NCBI GenBank assembly: GCA_963677595.1
Contig: OY782041.1
Coordinates: 4,000,001 to 4,064,000, forward strand
Direction: 5' to 3'
Source: Spirochaetia bacterium
GTDB lineage: Bacteria; Spirochaetota; Spirochaetia; CAKZLE01
DNA length: 64,000 nucleotides
Part shown: in pieces, positions 49,032 through 59,460 of the stretch
How positions within the stretch are numbered: the first letter of the stretch is position 1
Layout of the letters: every line of letters begins with the position of its first letter
Position numbers and translations under genes: made by a program
The notes under the pieces: model-generated
The model's input: only the letters and a program-made list of their open reading frames with translations
Database searches by the model: none
Told to the model about the DNA's origin: nothing

Positions 49032-50837
49032 ATGAAACTTTTTATCAGAGCATTGATCATCTTAGTGATCATCAGCCTGTTAGTCCTTGTGTTCATCACG
49101 TTGGCAGGCTGCACGAGTCTATCGGAGGAACAGGAGGGATCAGTGATACCCCCGACACACAGGTCAATCGGGACACTGACCGATACCATCCATAAAGAGA
49201 TGAAAGCAAAGAATATCACGGGGATTTCCATCTCGGTCATGAACTCTGAAGGTCTCCTCTGGGCTGACGGATTCGGTCTGGCCGATAAAAAGCACAAGGT
49301 TGCTTTTACCAGAGACACTGTTTCCAATGTAGGGTCGGTATCAAAACTCATAACCTCTGCTGCGATCATGCGACTGGTTGAGATGGGTCAGGTTGACCTG
49401 GATGAACCGGTATCAACCTATATCCCGGAATTCAGGCCCGTAGGGGCTGAGCATTCCTCTACACCTATTACCGTACGCATGTTGTTGAACCATGAATCAG
49501 GATTGGAATCTGATGCGTTCCAGGACTTCTTCCTGGGTTATGACCGACCGGACGATTTCCCTGTCCCATATCGGAAGGCTATAGATGCGGTAAATAGAAG
49601 CGGGATCGTAAGAGATCCATACGAAATCTTCTCTTACTGCAATCTCGGATACTCACTGCTGGGTATCATCATCGAGAGAGCGATGGGAGAGAATTTCCAG
49701 CAATCTGCCAAGGAATTAGTCTTCGATCCCCTGGGGATGGATGACTCATCTTTCAATATTGATGACATCCCGGAAGGGAGGATGGCAATGGGATACCTCC
49801 AGGGTAAACCCAAAGAACTCCCCTACATCCGTGACATGCCGGCAGGCAGCCTCAACAGTACAGCGACTGATATGGGGAAGTTCCTGCAAAGCATGCTTGC
49901 TTCATACACAACAGGGGAAGGACTGCTCTCCCGGCAGACTGTGCATGAGATTTTCAGCCCCTCCAATATCGATGTAGCTGCTGATCTTGATTTCAAGATC
50001 GGCCTAACCTGGTGGATAGTAGATCTCAAGGATCTGTCCGGAGAGTTCATCGTAGGACACGGCGGGGACCTCCCTCCCTACCATGCCCTGGTGATCATGC
50101 TGCCCGACAGGGATATATCAGTATTCGCTATGGTCAATTCTGTAGAGGGCGTCGGTTCTTTCAGTTTGGCGAAGATTGTGACAGAAGCTGTCAGGACCTT
50201 CCTGGATGAAGAGGTCGAGCAGAGTATTGCTAAGAAATCAGATCAAAGCCCGATCATAGAGATCCCGGCATCCCTGAAGGCATACCTCATAGGCTATTAT
50301 GCCTCTCCCGTAGGACTTTCCCAGATTAAGGAATCAGGGGGCAAGTTAAAGATCTTCACGTTCAATAAGTGGTTAGATGCATATTACCATGAGGATCACA
50401 GCCTCACTTTGGGATATAAACTCTTTGGGATCTTCCCCATACACATGCCTGTCTTCGATGAGATCTCTATCAGTCTGGAAGATATCAATGATGCACCTGC
50501 AATAAACCTGCGCATCCAGGATATCCTCATCAGTCCTGCAGTGAAGATCGAACCAACACCTATAGATCCCAATTGGATCGCACGTATCGGTAACTATGAG
50601 CCTGTGGAGACTGAAGTCATGCCGCAGTACACTGATTTCACGATCGATATAGACAAGGAGAGTGGGTTTCTCTGTCTCAACCTGAAAAGCGAAGGAGAAT
50701 GGTCAAGATTCCCGCTTCAGACAATCAACACAACTACTGCACAAGTGATGGGAATAGGAAGGAGCCTTGGTGGTTATCTCAGGATCGCCGAAGAGAGTAC
50801 CATCAGTTTCCAGAATTTCACGTTGAGAAAGAAATAG
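49032..50837 (+). CDS. Beta-lactamase-family serine hydrolase, probable lipoprotein
   Basis: SxxK (SVSK), LLNHESG, YCN, HGG; LAGC lipobox. Confidence 0.88.
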   Translation: MKLFIRALIILVIISLLVLVFITLAGCTSLSEEQEGSVIPPTHRSIGTLTDTIHKEMKAKNITGISISVMNSEGLLWADGFGLADKKHKVAFTRDTVSNVGSVSKLITSAAIMRLVEMGQVDLDEPVSTYIPEFRPVGAEHSSTPITVRMLLNHESGLESDAFQDFFLGYDRPDDFPVPYRKAIDAVNRSGIVRDPYEIFSYCNLGYSLLGIIIERAMGENFQQSAKELVFDPLGMDDSSFNIDDIPEGRMAMGYLQGKPKELPYIRDMPAGSLNSTATDMGKFLQSMLASYTTGEGLLSRQTVHEIFSPSNIDVAADLDFKIGLTWWIVDLKDLSGEFIVGHGGDLPPYHALVIMLPDRDISVFAMVNSVEGVGSFSLAKIVTEAVRTFLDEEVEQSIAKKSDQSPIIEIPASLKAYLIGYYASPVGLSQIKESGGKLKIFTFNKWLDAYYHEDHSLTLGYKLFGIFPIHMPVFDEISISLEDINDAPAINLRIQDILISPAVKIEPTPIDPNWIARIGNYEPVETEVMPQYTDFTIDIDKESGFLCLNLKSEGEWSRFPLQTINTTTAQVMGIGRSLGGYLRIAEESTISFQNFTLRKK

Positions 50838-50896
50838 GATAACAGGAAGAAAGATTCACGGTACTCAGCTACATCGAATGCTCTACCTACCAGAAA

Positions 50897-50936
50897 GAAA
50901 GCCAGTCTTCTCTTCATAAAAGAGTGACTGGCTTTC
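50897..50936. terminator. Hairpin terminator
   Basis: GAAAGCCAGTC...GACTGGCTTTC 11-bp stem. Confidence 0.65.
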
Positions 50937-50941
50937 ATTCA

Positions 50942-50968
50942 TTGTATCAAATTCGTCTTTTAAAGATG
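50942..50968. repeat. Island-boundary direct repeat, left copy
   Basis: TTGTATCAAATTCGTCTTTTAAAGATG; 25/27 identical to 61366-61392. Confidence 0.8.
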
Positions 50969-51207
50969 ATATTCGTACCCTTTCAGATGAAACCACTGGA
51001 TATAGAGAGCCTGAAATGACAAATACTGGAATGACTGGCAGTGTACAGAACGGCCTAAGCCTGATAACGGAGACGGGTTTCCGTTCAATGACTACAACAA
51101 CGGACTCCCATGGAAGAGACCCAAGACCGTAGTGCTTCATTGGAATCTATCATGTAACGGTAACAACGCTCGACTAGTGTCAGAAATACATGGCTACCAA
51201 CACAGCG

Positions 51208-51239
51208 GATCCCCCTGAATCATACGAATAGGGGGGATC
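51208..51239 (-). terminator. Probable terminator of the AOR operon
   Basis: GATCCCCC...GGGGGATC stem just downstream of the transporter stop. Confidence 0.5.
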
Positions 51240-51259
51240 TTGATGTACTAGCAAATTGG

Positions 51260-52546
51260 TTATCTCAATATCCGCAGGAAAATGAGCAACTGCATAACCA
51301 TGAGGCCCAATCCAAGATAGACAAATTGCTGCCAGAACCCCCTCTTCCGTTCTGCAGCCTCTGGCATATTCGCGATACAGATTGCCCCGGCATCTGAGAA
51401 CGGCGAGAATCCTGCAAACATCGCTCCTGCTGCAATATATGAGAACAATACGGCAGGGGCCATACTAGTGAAATCACCTATTGAGAAAACCAGCTGCCCT
51501 AACGTCGGTATGACCACACTGAACGAGCTGGAGAACAGGCTCATTACTGCAGCAATAAGCGTAATAATGTATTTTACCAAGTCTGATGCCACATTTGCCT
51601 GCAGCAGCTGAATGAGGGTATCGATAAACCCTGCCTCTGCAGCCATATCTATCATGACCCCCATACCACAGACTAAGATGATCGTAGACATGGGAACCAT
51701 TTTCAGAGCATCCTCTTCAGTGCCGATCTTGAATACCATTCCCAGTATTGCAGCCAACGTACAAACCCACATAATATCCATTTTTGAACGTACGTACGTC
51801 AAGAAACTGATTCCAGGGAAAATTGAAGCCAGAAATGGCGGCACAATGACAAGAATGACCGATGCAATGATAAGAATCAGGGTAGTCCGCTGTTTTTGAT
51901 TGAATGCTTGCGGTCTTTCCAGATCAGTGGCACTGAGCTTATAACATTTTGTGATGATATATAGTCCTGTAAACATGATGAAATGAAGTATCGTAACATT
52001 CCGAAGGGTACTATAGATAATCGTATCTGCCATCTCCGGGAACCCTTGGGTATTGCAGATATTATATACGATCATCCCTCCCATGGATATTGGTGTAAAA
52101 CTACCTGCTGACGCACCAAACAGAATAATCGCAGACCCTAATAGTTTCGGCATTCCGATCTGAGTAGCGATAGACATGACCATCGGGGTAAGGAAGACCA
52201 GGACAGCAAAAGGTCCAGCTCCCATGCCCCCGATAATGAATGCAGTCACCCACAGTACGTATGGAATGATCGGGGCGAAGTTACGAGCCATATAAACAAG
52301 TTTCCTCCCCATGAGATCAATCGTCCCATTGACGATGGCAAATCCATAGAAGAACGTCACCGCGAATAATCGGAAAAACAGACTGATCGGCCAGGATGCG
52401 ATGACCTGTGACGCAGATTTGTCCATAACGAAAATACCGATGATGAAACTGAGAATCAAGGCAATATAGCCAATGTTAACTTTCAGAATAAGGCTTAATA
52501 TGATGGTTAGAATGATTGCGTAAATAAATAGTATTGGTAAACTCAA
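51260..52546 (-). CDS. SLC13/MatC-like (di)carboxylate/anion transporter
   Basis: 428 aa polytopic; KVNIGYIA, WPISLFFRLFAVTFFYGFA, FSPFSDAGA; TTG start with RBS AAGGAG. Confidence 0.75.
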   Translation of the reverse strand: MSLPILFIYAIILTIILSLILKVNIGYIALILSFIIGIFVMDKSASQVIASWPISLFFRLFAVTFFYGFAIVNGTIDLMGRKLVYMARNFAPIIPYVLWVTAFIIGGMGAGPFAVLVFLTPMVMSIATQIGMPKLLGSAIILFGASAGSFTPISMGGMIVYNICNTQGFPEMADTIIYSTLRNVTILHFIMFTGLYIITKCYKLSATDLERPQAFNQKQRTTLILIIASVILVIVPPFLASIFPGISFLTYVRSKMDIMWVCTLAAILGMVFKIGTEEDALKMVPMSTIILVCGMGVMIDMAAEAGFIDTLIQLLQANVASDLVKYIITLIAAVMSLFSSSFSVVIPTLGQLVFSIGDFTSMAPAVLFSYIAAGAMFAGFSPFSDAGAICIANMPEAAERKRGFWQQFVYLGLGLMVMQLLIFLRILR

Positions 52547-52600
52547 AGTGTTATCTCCTTACAAAACGTTTCAATTTTTTATGTTAAGTATTCAATGATT

Positions 52601-52855
52601 TCAGCCGCCGTGCGCCTGACCAAAAACGTATAATCTATCTTCCGGCTTCAATCGGGCATTTCCATCTGCCCGCCTATCGTTCAAAGCCACTACACTGGTA
52701 TTCATAATATCATCCCCGAAGATAGAATGAAGGAAGCCTTCAACCGTTGTCCCCTCTTCTACCTGCATACGTATCTCTTTTGCACGTTCCAAACCTGCGA
52801 AAGGTTCAGCTGGTGATATGTAAGACATAAACATGATATGAATCTTCTGCCCCAT
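52601..52855 (-). CDS. MoaD/ThiS-family sulfur carrier
   Basis: 84 aa; LKPEDRL motif; C-terminal GG; follows AOR. Confidence 0.82.
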   Translation of the reverse strand: MGQKIHIMFMSYISPAEPFAGLERAKEIRMQVEEGTTVEGFLHSIFGDDIMNTSVVALNDRRADGNARLKPEDRLYVFGQAHGG

Positions 52856-52858
52856 TTC

Positions 52859-54586
52859 TTATATATCCATTCCATATGGTAATGCGCTTTGGACATCCTC
52901 ATCAGGAATATCAAATACGCGATTATCAACGGACGGCAAGCCCTCTGTATACATGAACTCAGGCAATCGATCATCCTTCTGGGTGAATCCAGCCAGACGA
53001 TTAAACTCTTTTTCCATACCCAGACACTCTGTCGCCAATGCAAACAATTTGCCTCTATCCCAATCACCACCGAACTTGCCCTTCATGATGTCTGCCAGCA
53101 GAGGCCAGCTGTCAGGATTTCCTGCGCAGGAGCTTGCGAAAATGCATGCTCCCATCAGATCAAAGAGCGCAAAAATTACCTGCATTGTATTGGATACTTT
53201 TACTTTACCCTCATTCTCATAGGAATTTGGATCCATGTTCCTAGTCGGCGCATTTCCTGCTGTATGGTCTGCCCCCATCGGAGAGATCGCATAGGTGATA
53301 CCAGTACCTTTCAATCCTCTGGGATCATAGCCCGCCATGGACTGTTTCTTGACGGTCGGTATCCTGCTCACCCCGAAATGCGTTCCAGCATAATAGGTAC
53401 CGTTACCTAATACTCGGCCAAGCTCAGTACCTTCTTGCAGTTCTTTGAATAACCCGCGGACTGCCTCCTGGTCTCCCCATCCGATGATTCCGGCTTCCAT
53501 GCACACAGCAAGGGTACAGCCAAGTTCCATGGTATCAAGTCCTAGATCGTCGCATTGACGATCCATCCAGGCGATGAAATCGAGGTCATCGATTTCACAG
53601 TTCGGTCCACAGAGTGCAATTGTTTCATATTCCAGGGCTGAAGTCACATGGTTACCTGCAGGATCAACATACTCGTTGGAACATTTTATAACACAGCCTC
53701 TCTGGCACGCATGGCCAGTCTTCCCTCCGCGTTCGTTGATCATCTCTGCCATCTTCTCACCGGATACATTCCCTGCCTTATCCCAACGTCCATCACTGTA
53801 ATTCTTTACGGGCATCCATCCCATGGTATTACAGATCCTCACCAATGAGGCAGTACCCAGGTAGGGCAGCACGTCTTTGACCGTCGGGACGTTACGCAAT
53901 AGCTGGATATATTCACGATTGGCTTTGAGAAACGTATCCTTATCATAATATGAGGCCGGGACCTTCACCTTATCCTGCTTCAACACTATTGCCTTGATGT
54001 GCTTACTTCCCATCACGGCACCCATTCCACCTCGCGCAGCCGCACGAGCCGGATATTTATCAAGATCTGTGATCTGGACGGAAGAATTGAGATACTGCCG
54101 CTCTCCAGCGATGCCAATCGATATAACGGCAATCTTATCCCCGAAATCTTCCATCAATTTCTCTGTCAGAGCGTAATTATTCAAACCCATATAGGAATCT
54201 GCCTCTATAAGCTCCGCATCGTTATCCGTTATTTTGATAATGTACCATGATTCATCTGCAGGTTTTCCCTCCAGGACAATCGCCTTTATACCGAGAGATC
54301 CCATCATCCCTGCAGCAATACCACCAGAATTAGCTTCCTTGATACCGCCAGTCAGAGGACTCTTGCCCCCTATCGACAGACGAGAGGAAGTCGTGAATGC
54401 TGTATTGTTTAGAAGTCCATTACAACATATGAATTTATTTTCAGGCCCTAACGGATCACATTGAGGATTCACTTCATCAAGCATCAGTTTGACGATAAGA
54501 CTTCTACCACCATACATCTGCATCTCTTGGGGAAATTCCTCCCATACTAATTCCTTTCTATCAGCTTTATAACTTAGCCTGTTCAT
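52859..54586 (-). CDS. aor: Aldehyde:ferredoxin oxidoreductase (tungsto-pterin AOR family)
   Basis: KSPLTGGIKEANSGG, RGGMGAVMGSK, CQRGCVIKC, EYET, DDLGLD, YDPRG, GADH. Confidence 0.93.
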   Translation of the reverse strand: MNRLSYKADRKELVWEEFPQEMQMYGGRSLIVKLMLDEVNPQCDPLGPENKFICCNGLLNNTAFTTSSRLSIGGKSPLTGGIKEANSGGIAAGMMGSLGIKAIVLEGKPADESWYIIKITDNDAELIEADSYMGLNNYALTEKLMEDFGDKIAVISIGIAGERQYLNSSVQITDLDKYPARAAARGGMGAVMGSKHIKAIVLKQDKVKVPASYYDKDTFLKANREYIQLLRNVPTVKDVLPYLGTASLVRICNTMGWMPVKNYSDGRWDKAGNVSGEKMAEMINERGGKTGHACQRGCVIKCSNEYVDPAGNHVTSALEYETIALCGPNCEIDDLDFIAWMDRQCDDLGLDTMELGCTLAVCMEAGIIGWGDQEAVRGLFKELQEGTELGRVLGNGTYYAGTHFGVSRIPTVKKQSMAGYDPRGLKGTGITYAISPMGADHTAGNAPTRNMDPNSYENEGKVKVSNTMQVIFALFDLMGACIFASSCAGNPDSWPLLADIMKGKFGGDWDRGKLFALATECLGMEKEFNRLAGFTQKDDRLPEFMYTEGLPSVDNRVFDIPDEDVQSALPYGMDI

Positions 54587-54625
54587 ATACCACCTCTCCT
54601 TTTGGCTAATTATATTTCAAATTAT

Positions 54626-54641
54626 AGCAAAAACAATGCCA
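54626..54641 (-). promoter_or_regulatory. Sigma54 -24/-12 promoter of the AOR operon
   Basis: Minus strand TGGCATTGTTTTTGCT (GG-N10-GC). Confidence 0.85.
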
Positions 54642-54901
54642 ATTCCTAATTTATAAGTTCTGAAGAACATGCAATACCAGAAATACTGATTGCTTACAAT
54701 TCATTACCACGCATCTAGACAGTGTCCTGAAAAAGGTTGAACACGAATCATCCCACTCGTATCTCTTCAATACCTGCCCCCTAAGCATATTTTACGTATC
54801 CTTATACCGATTGCTATGAGATCTCGATTCTATTGGAGAAATTATCCAATATCAGCTCTTCGCTGAGAATTTCCTGCTCTCCTCAATTAAGACTGACATA
54901 T

Positions 54902-54949
54902 TGTAAGACTTGTTTACAAGCATGATATAGCATGTAAAGTATGTTTCCA
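54902..54949. promoter_or_regulatory. Tandem upstream activator sequences
   Basis: TGTAAGACTTGTTTACA and TGTAAAGTATGTTTCCA, 31 bp apart. Confidence 0.65.
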
Positions 54950-55057
54950 TTATTTATTTGCTTCCGGTATGTTCTTAGGTTATAATCAAAAACTTGATGA
55001 AACTTAGTGGTTTACATCCGATAATGTATGGTCTGGATGACCTAAGGAGCTGTAGAC

Positions 55058-56554
55058 ATGGCGCATGAAGTAATGAACGCTTTTATAGCTAATTTGGACA
55101 AGAATGGTCTGGATGGGAAAAACTTTGTAGACTCCATGAGAGACACATTGAAATATATGGAGATTCCAGATATCGCATATTTGATCGTCAACAGAAGCTA
55201 CCAGATAGTATACTGTACGGATAACTATCCAGCATTGATCGAGATAGATACTTCGGTAAACGGGATAATCGGTAAGACGATCTCAAACCTGATCGGGGAG
55301 TTCCTCTATGATAAGGATCCTTCCATTATAGACAAGAAATGCCTGGCCTCAGCCATTAATGCATTTCAAACCAAATCCTGTGTACACTCTCTTCGAAGGC
55401 TGCTCAGCGGTAAGGAACTCATGGTGTATGCAAAGCCTATCCTCGACAGAGCAGGAGAAGTCCTCTGTGTCTTGAACAGTGTCATCAACGTCACGGACGT
55501 CGATCAACTGCGGAACAAAGTCACTACATTTTATGAGGTACTGGGAATCAACATCTCATCGAACTTTAAAGTAAAGATGATCTCTGAGAGTGAGGTACAT
55601 AAAAAAACGATTGCACGAGCAAATCGAGCTGCCGAATTCGAAGCGAACGTACTCATCACAGGAGAGAGTGGAAGCGGTAAGGATGTACTTGCTAAGTATA
55701 TCCATTTCTGCAGTAAGCGCAGAAATAAGAGATTGATTCAGATAAATTGCTCAGCCATACCAGAAAGCTTGTTAGAGAGTGAACTTTTTGGATATGAGGG
55801 AGGCGCATTCTCCGGAGCGAAACGCAAAGGGAAACTCGGGCTTCTGGAGCTGGCGAATCATAGTACCATCTTCTTAGACGAGATTGGAGATATCCCGCTA
55901 GCAACGCAGGTAAAACTGCTTAATTTCATCCAGGACCGAGCGTTCTATCGTGTAGGGGGAACAGAGAAGATCGAGGTCGATATTCGTATCATAGCGGCTA
56001 CCAATGCAGATCTCAGGCTGAAGATTGATAATAACCAGTTTAGGGAGGACCTGTATTATAGACTAAATACCATCCCGATCAGTATTGCCCCGTTGAGAAA
56101 TCGCAGGGAAGATATAATCCCTCTTATTGAACAATTCGAATATGAAAGTAATCTGCAATATAAAATGGATAAACATTTTTCCATCGAGGCAAAAAGCTTC
56201 CTCCTATCCCTTGACTGGCCGGGAAATATCAGGGAGATGCAGCATTGTGTAGAGCGTTTGATGATCCTGACAGAGAAGGAGACCATTGAGGTTGACGATA
56301 TCCTAGCTGATCAGCAATATGACGGCAAACAGAAATCCACTGTTCATACCAATAGTGATGAGGATGAGGGAGTGCTCGTGAAATCCCTGAAAGCTGTTGA
56401 ATACCATCTACTGAAGAAGACTGCTGAAGAGTATGATTCCAGTCGAAAGATCGCAGCGGTCCTAGGTATTAGTCATACTGCGGTCAACTCCAAATTAGCT
56501 AAGTATGGTATTGCCATCAACGGAAAGAAGAAATCACAGCCAGGAATCTTGTGA
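55058..56554 (+). CDS. Sigma54-dependent transcriptional activator (PAS-like + AAA+ + HTH)
   Basis: GESGSGKD, ESELFGYEGGAFSGA, FLDEIG, FREDLYYRL, WPGNIRE; C-terminal HTH. Confidence 0.93.
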   Translation: MAHEVMNAFIANLDKNGLDGKNFVDSMRDTLKYMEIPDIAYLIVNRSYQIVYCTDNYPALIEIDTSVNGIIGKTISNLIGEFLYDKDPSIIDKKCLASAINAFQTKSCVHSLRRLLSGKELMVYAKPILDRAGEVLCVLNSVINVTDVDQLRNKVTTFYEVLGINISSNFKVKMISESEVHKKTIARANRAAEFEANVLITGESGSGKDVLAKYIHFCSKRRNKRLIQINCSAIPESLLESELFGYEGGAFSGAKRKGKLGLLELANHSTIFLDEIGDIPLATQVKLLNFIQDRAFYRVGGTEKIEVDIRIIAATNADLRLKIDNNQFREDLYYRLNTIPISIAPLRNRREDIIPLIEQFEYESNLQYKMDKHFSIEAKSFLLSLDWPGNIREMQHCVERLMILTEKETIEVDDILADQQYDGKQKSTVHTNSDEDEGVLVKSLKAVEYHLLKKTAEEYDSSRKIAAVLGISHTAVNSKLAKYGIAINGKKKSQPGIL

Positions 56555-56821
56555 GCATGATCGATATCTAAGGATGAATCCATCTTGATACCATTGGCCG
56601 TACATTGGTGATGGGATCTGAAACTGCAAGCCTAGAGCAACAAGGGAAAAACTGATACAACGGTATGAGAACTTTTCGATATCTGCAGCATCTCTGCTCC
56701 TTGATATCTGCCAAAACTCCATGATCCAGGATTCAAAATCCAGTTGAGCTCAATAGATTCTGTATGACATGCCAGACAGTAAAAACAGCAGCAATCTAGA
56801 ACAAAGGGATTAATAGAATAT

Positions 56822-56869
56822 TGTAAACATTTTTTACGAAAATATAGATTCCTGTAAACATGTCTTGCA
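56822..56869. promoter_or_regulatory. Tandem upstream activator sequences
   Basis: TGTAAACATTTTTTACG and TGTAAACATGTCTTGCA, 31 bp apart. Confidence 0.65.
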
Positions 56870-56931
56870 GCATATACTGATTATGAGACAAATCGATAGG
56901 ACTGCATTGGTTACTCACCATATTCTTTCTA

Positions 56932-56947
56932 TGGCATGATAATTGCT
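56932..56947 (+). promoter_or_regulatory. Sigma54 -24/-12 promoter of the GRE operon
   Basis: TGGCATGATAATTGCT; RBS AAAGGAGGAG follows. Confidence 0.88.
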
Positions 56948-56994
56948 TATTACTTTTACATATTTCTTAATCTTTCTAAAGGAGGAGATTAATT

Positions 56995-59433
56995 ATGGCT
57001 GAAATGATGGAACTAGCCGAAAAAGAACGACTAGGGATGGTCACAGCAATGGGCAGCACGGACAGAATCCGGAGACTGAGCCATAAGTCCTACACAACAC
57101 CACAATCAATCTGTTTACACCGAGCAAGAGCTTATACTGAAGTTTTTGCTGAAACAGAAGGTGAACCAATAGAATTGAGACGTGCAAAAGGCTTCAAAAG
57201 AGCATTGGAGACTGTACCGGTTCTCATTGAAGAAGATGAACTTGTTGTTGGTAATCGTGCTTGTCGTATCCGAAGCGTGCCTGTCATTCCAGAGTGTCAT
57301 GGGGCTTGGCTTCAATGGGATCTGGAAAAGCTTCCGACTCGTGAGCAGGATTCTTTTGAAGTACCCCCAGAGCAGATGAAAGAGGCAAAAGAACTTCTGG
57401 CATTCTGGAAAGGAAAAACCATCTTTGATGAATGGGCTGCAACAGTGCCTGGGAATATGGCAGACAAACTGCTTGGGACAGGATGGGCCGATATTGCCTG
57501 CGGTGTCTTTTTCCTGGGGTACCATTTCACCCCACCATGGGAAAAAATCGTAAATGGGGGAATAAAGGCTTTTGAAGATGAAGTAGATGCACGCTTGGAC
57601 AGCCTTGATTACCTGAAAAATCCACAGGATATGGGAAAAGAGGTCATTCTTAAGGCCTTTAAAACCATCATCGAAGGGATTAAGATCTTCGCTGCCCGGT
57701 ATGCTGAAAAAGCACGGGAACTTGCTGCTACTGAAAAGAATGCTACAAGAAAACAGGAGTTACTCCGAATCGCAGAAAACTGTGATCGTGTTCCCTATTA
57801 TCCAGCCAGAAATTATTACGAAGCCATACAGTCAGTCTGGTTTGTACATACCTTGATGCATGTTGAGGGAACTGGGCCCGTCTATACGTTGGGACGTTTT
57901 GATCAATACATGTATCCATTTTATAAAGCCGATTTAGAAAGTGGTGCCATCACGAAAGAAGAGGCGGTGGAACTACTTGAGAATTTCTATATCAACTGCA
58001 ACAACAACCTGTTCCTGTATGATACACAGTCTGCCTATAATTCCGCAGGTTTCACACAGTACCAGGTAATCTCTCTTGGTGGAGTAGATGAAACCGGCAA
58101 AGATGCTTCTAATGTTATCACTTATCTCTGCCTTGATGCTGCAAAGACCCTAAGGACTGTACAGCCAGACCTATCATTACTGTGTCACCCCAGGGAAACG
58201 CCGTATGAATTGAAAATGAAAGCTGCTGAACTGGTAAGGGAAGGACTGGGCCTGCCAAAGTTCCATAGTACAGAAACGATCAAGACCGGCTTAATGTCCC
58301 TGGGATATACCCTGGAAGAAGCCCGTATGGGATGGGTCAGGGGCTGTAGTGAATTGTACGGTCCGGGATCAAAGCAGTACGGGCATACAGCAGGGGCTTT
58401 TGTGAACATCACCATGGCTCTTGAAGCTGCTCTGTTCAATGGGATCAAGCAGGTTAAAGGACAAAAATGGAGTGGCGAACAAATTGGGTTAGCAACTGGC
58501 AATGCAGAGGATTTCTCTAGCTACGAGGAACTGGTCGACGCATTGAAGGCACAGTTGACGTTCATGCTCCAGGAATCGCACATTGGCGGATCGTATATGG
58601 AATTGGCTCAGAAGAATTTCCCGCAGCTCCTCCAGAGTCTGTTCACTGACGATTGTATAGGTTCATGCTTACCTGCGAATGCCGGCGGGGCAAAAATCAA
58701 TGTCGGTCCAGGTCTGGCAATCTGTAGTGGATGGGCAACGATCGCTGACTCACTCGCTGCCATCAAGAAGCTGGTCTTCGAAGAGAAACGAATTACCATG
58801 CATGAGCTGTTAGAAGCACTTCAGGCTGACTTTGAAGGCTATGGAGCAATCCAGAAGATGCTGTTGAACAATGCCCCTAAATTCGGGAATGACATTGACT
58901 ATGTAGATGACATTGCACGGGACATATTCAAGCATGTACATGATGAAGGAAGGAAACTGGTTGGGATCAATGGGAATATCAACAGTGTAGGTACTGATAT
59001 ATCTGTCTCCCACATCATATTTGGTTCCTTTATAGGTGCTACACCAGATGGTAGGAATGCAGGAAAAGCTCTTTCTGACAATGTCGGACCATCTGACCAG
59101 AGAGATGTCAACGGTCCGGTAGCCCACATCAATTCTGTGACTAAAATGCCAATTGAACGAGAATTCGGGTCGATCCATAACATCTATCTGACCAATATCG
59201 ACACCGAGGACAAGATGCATGACATGATTCATCTGGTTGATACCTACCATATGCGAGGAGGCCATCACCTGCAGATAAACTGTATTGACAAGAACGTGTT
59301 ACTAGATGCACAGAAGACACCGGAAAAATACCCTTCACTGATAGTCAGGGTTGCCGGATACTGTGCATATTTCAACGATCTGTCAAAGTATGTTCAGGAT
59401 TATATTATATCTCGAACTTCCGTGAACTTCTAA
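56995..59433 (+). CDS. Glycyl radical enzyme (PFL2/dehydratase-like), substrate unknown
   Basis: RVAGY glycyl loop (Gly788); single-Cys loop RGCSE (Cys451); GRFDQYMYP, PKFGND, ATPDGR. Confidence 0.93.
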   Translation: MAEMMELAEKERLGMVTAMGSTDRIRRLSHKSYTTPQSICLHRARAYTEVFAETEGEPIELRRAKGFKRALETVPVLIEEDELVVGNRACRIRSVPVIPECHGAWLQWDLEKLPTREQDSFEVPPEQMKEAKELLAFWKGKTIFDEWAATVPGNMADKLLGTGWADIACGVFFLGYHFTPPWEKIVNGGIKAFEDEVDARLDSLDYLKNPQDMGKEVILKAFKTIIEGIKIFAARYAEKARELAATEKNATRKQELLRIAENCDRVPYYPARNYYEAIQSVWFVHTLMHVEGTGPVYTLGRFDQYMYPFYKADLESGAITKEEAVELLENFYINCNNNLFLYDTQSAYNSAGFTQYQVISLGGVDETGKDASNVITYLCLDAAKTLRTVQPDLSLLCHPRETPYELKMKAAELVREGLGLPKFHSTETIKTGLMSLGYTLEEARMGWVRGCSELYGPGSKQYGHTAGAFVNITMALEAALFNGIKQVKGQKWSGEQIGLATGNAEDFSSYEELVDALKAQLTFMLQESHIGGSYMELAQKNFPQLLQSLFTDDCIGSCLPANAGGAKINVGPGLAICSGWATIADSLAAIKKLVFEEKRITMHELLEALQADFEGYGAIQKMLLNNAPKFGNDIDYVDDIARDIFKHVHDEGRKLVGINGNINSVGTDISVSHIIFGSFIGATPDGRNAGKALSDNVGPSDQRDVNGPVAHINSVTKMPIEREFGSIHNIYLTNIDTEDKMHDMIHLVDTYHMRGGHHLQINCIDKNVLLDAQKTPEKYPSLIVRVAGYCAYFNDLSKYVQDYIISRTSVNF

Positions 59434-59460
59434 CTGAGTAAACTTGACCGGGTGATAACA

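Noticed and set aside
50883-51140. 85-aa minus-strand ORF as an integrase remnant
   Set aside because: No recognisable motifs, and it runs across a terminator and the boundary repeat
56995-59433. Pyruvate formate-lyase or CutC assignment
   Set aside because: No Cys-Cys pair, no GCVE motif and no microcompartment genes
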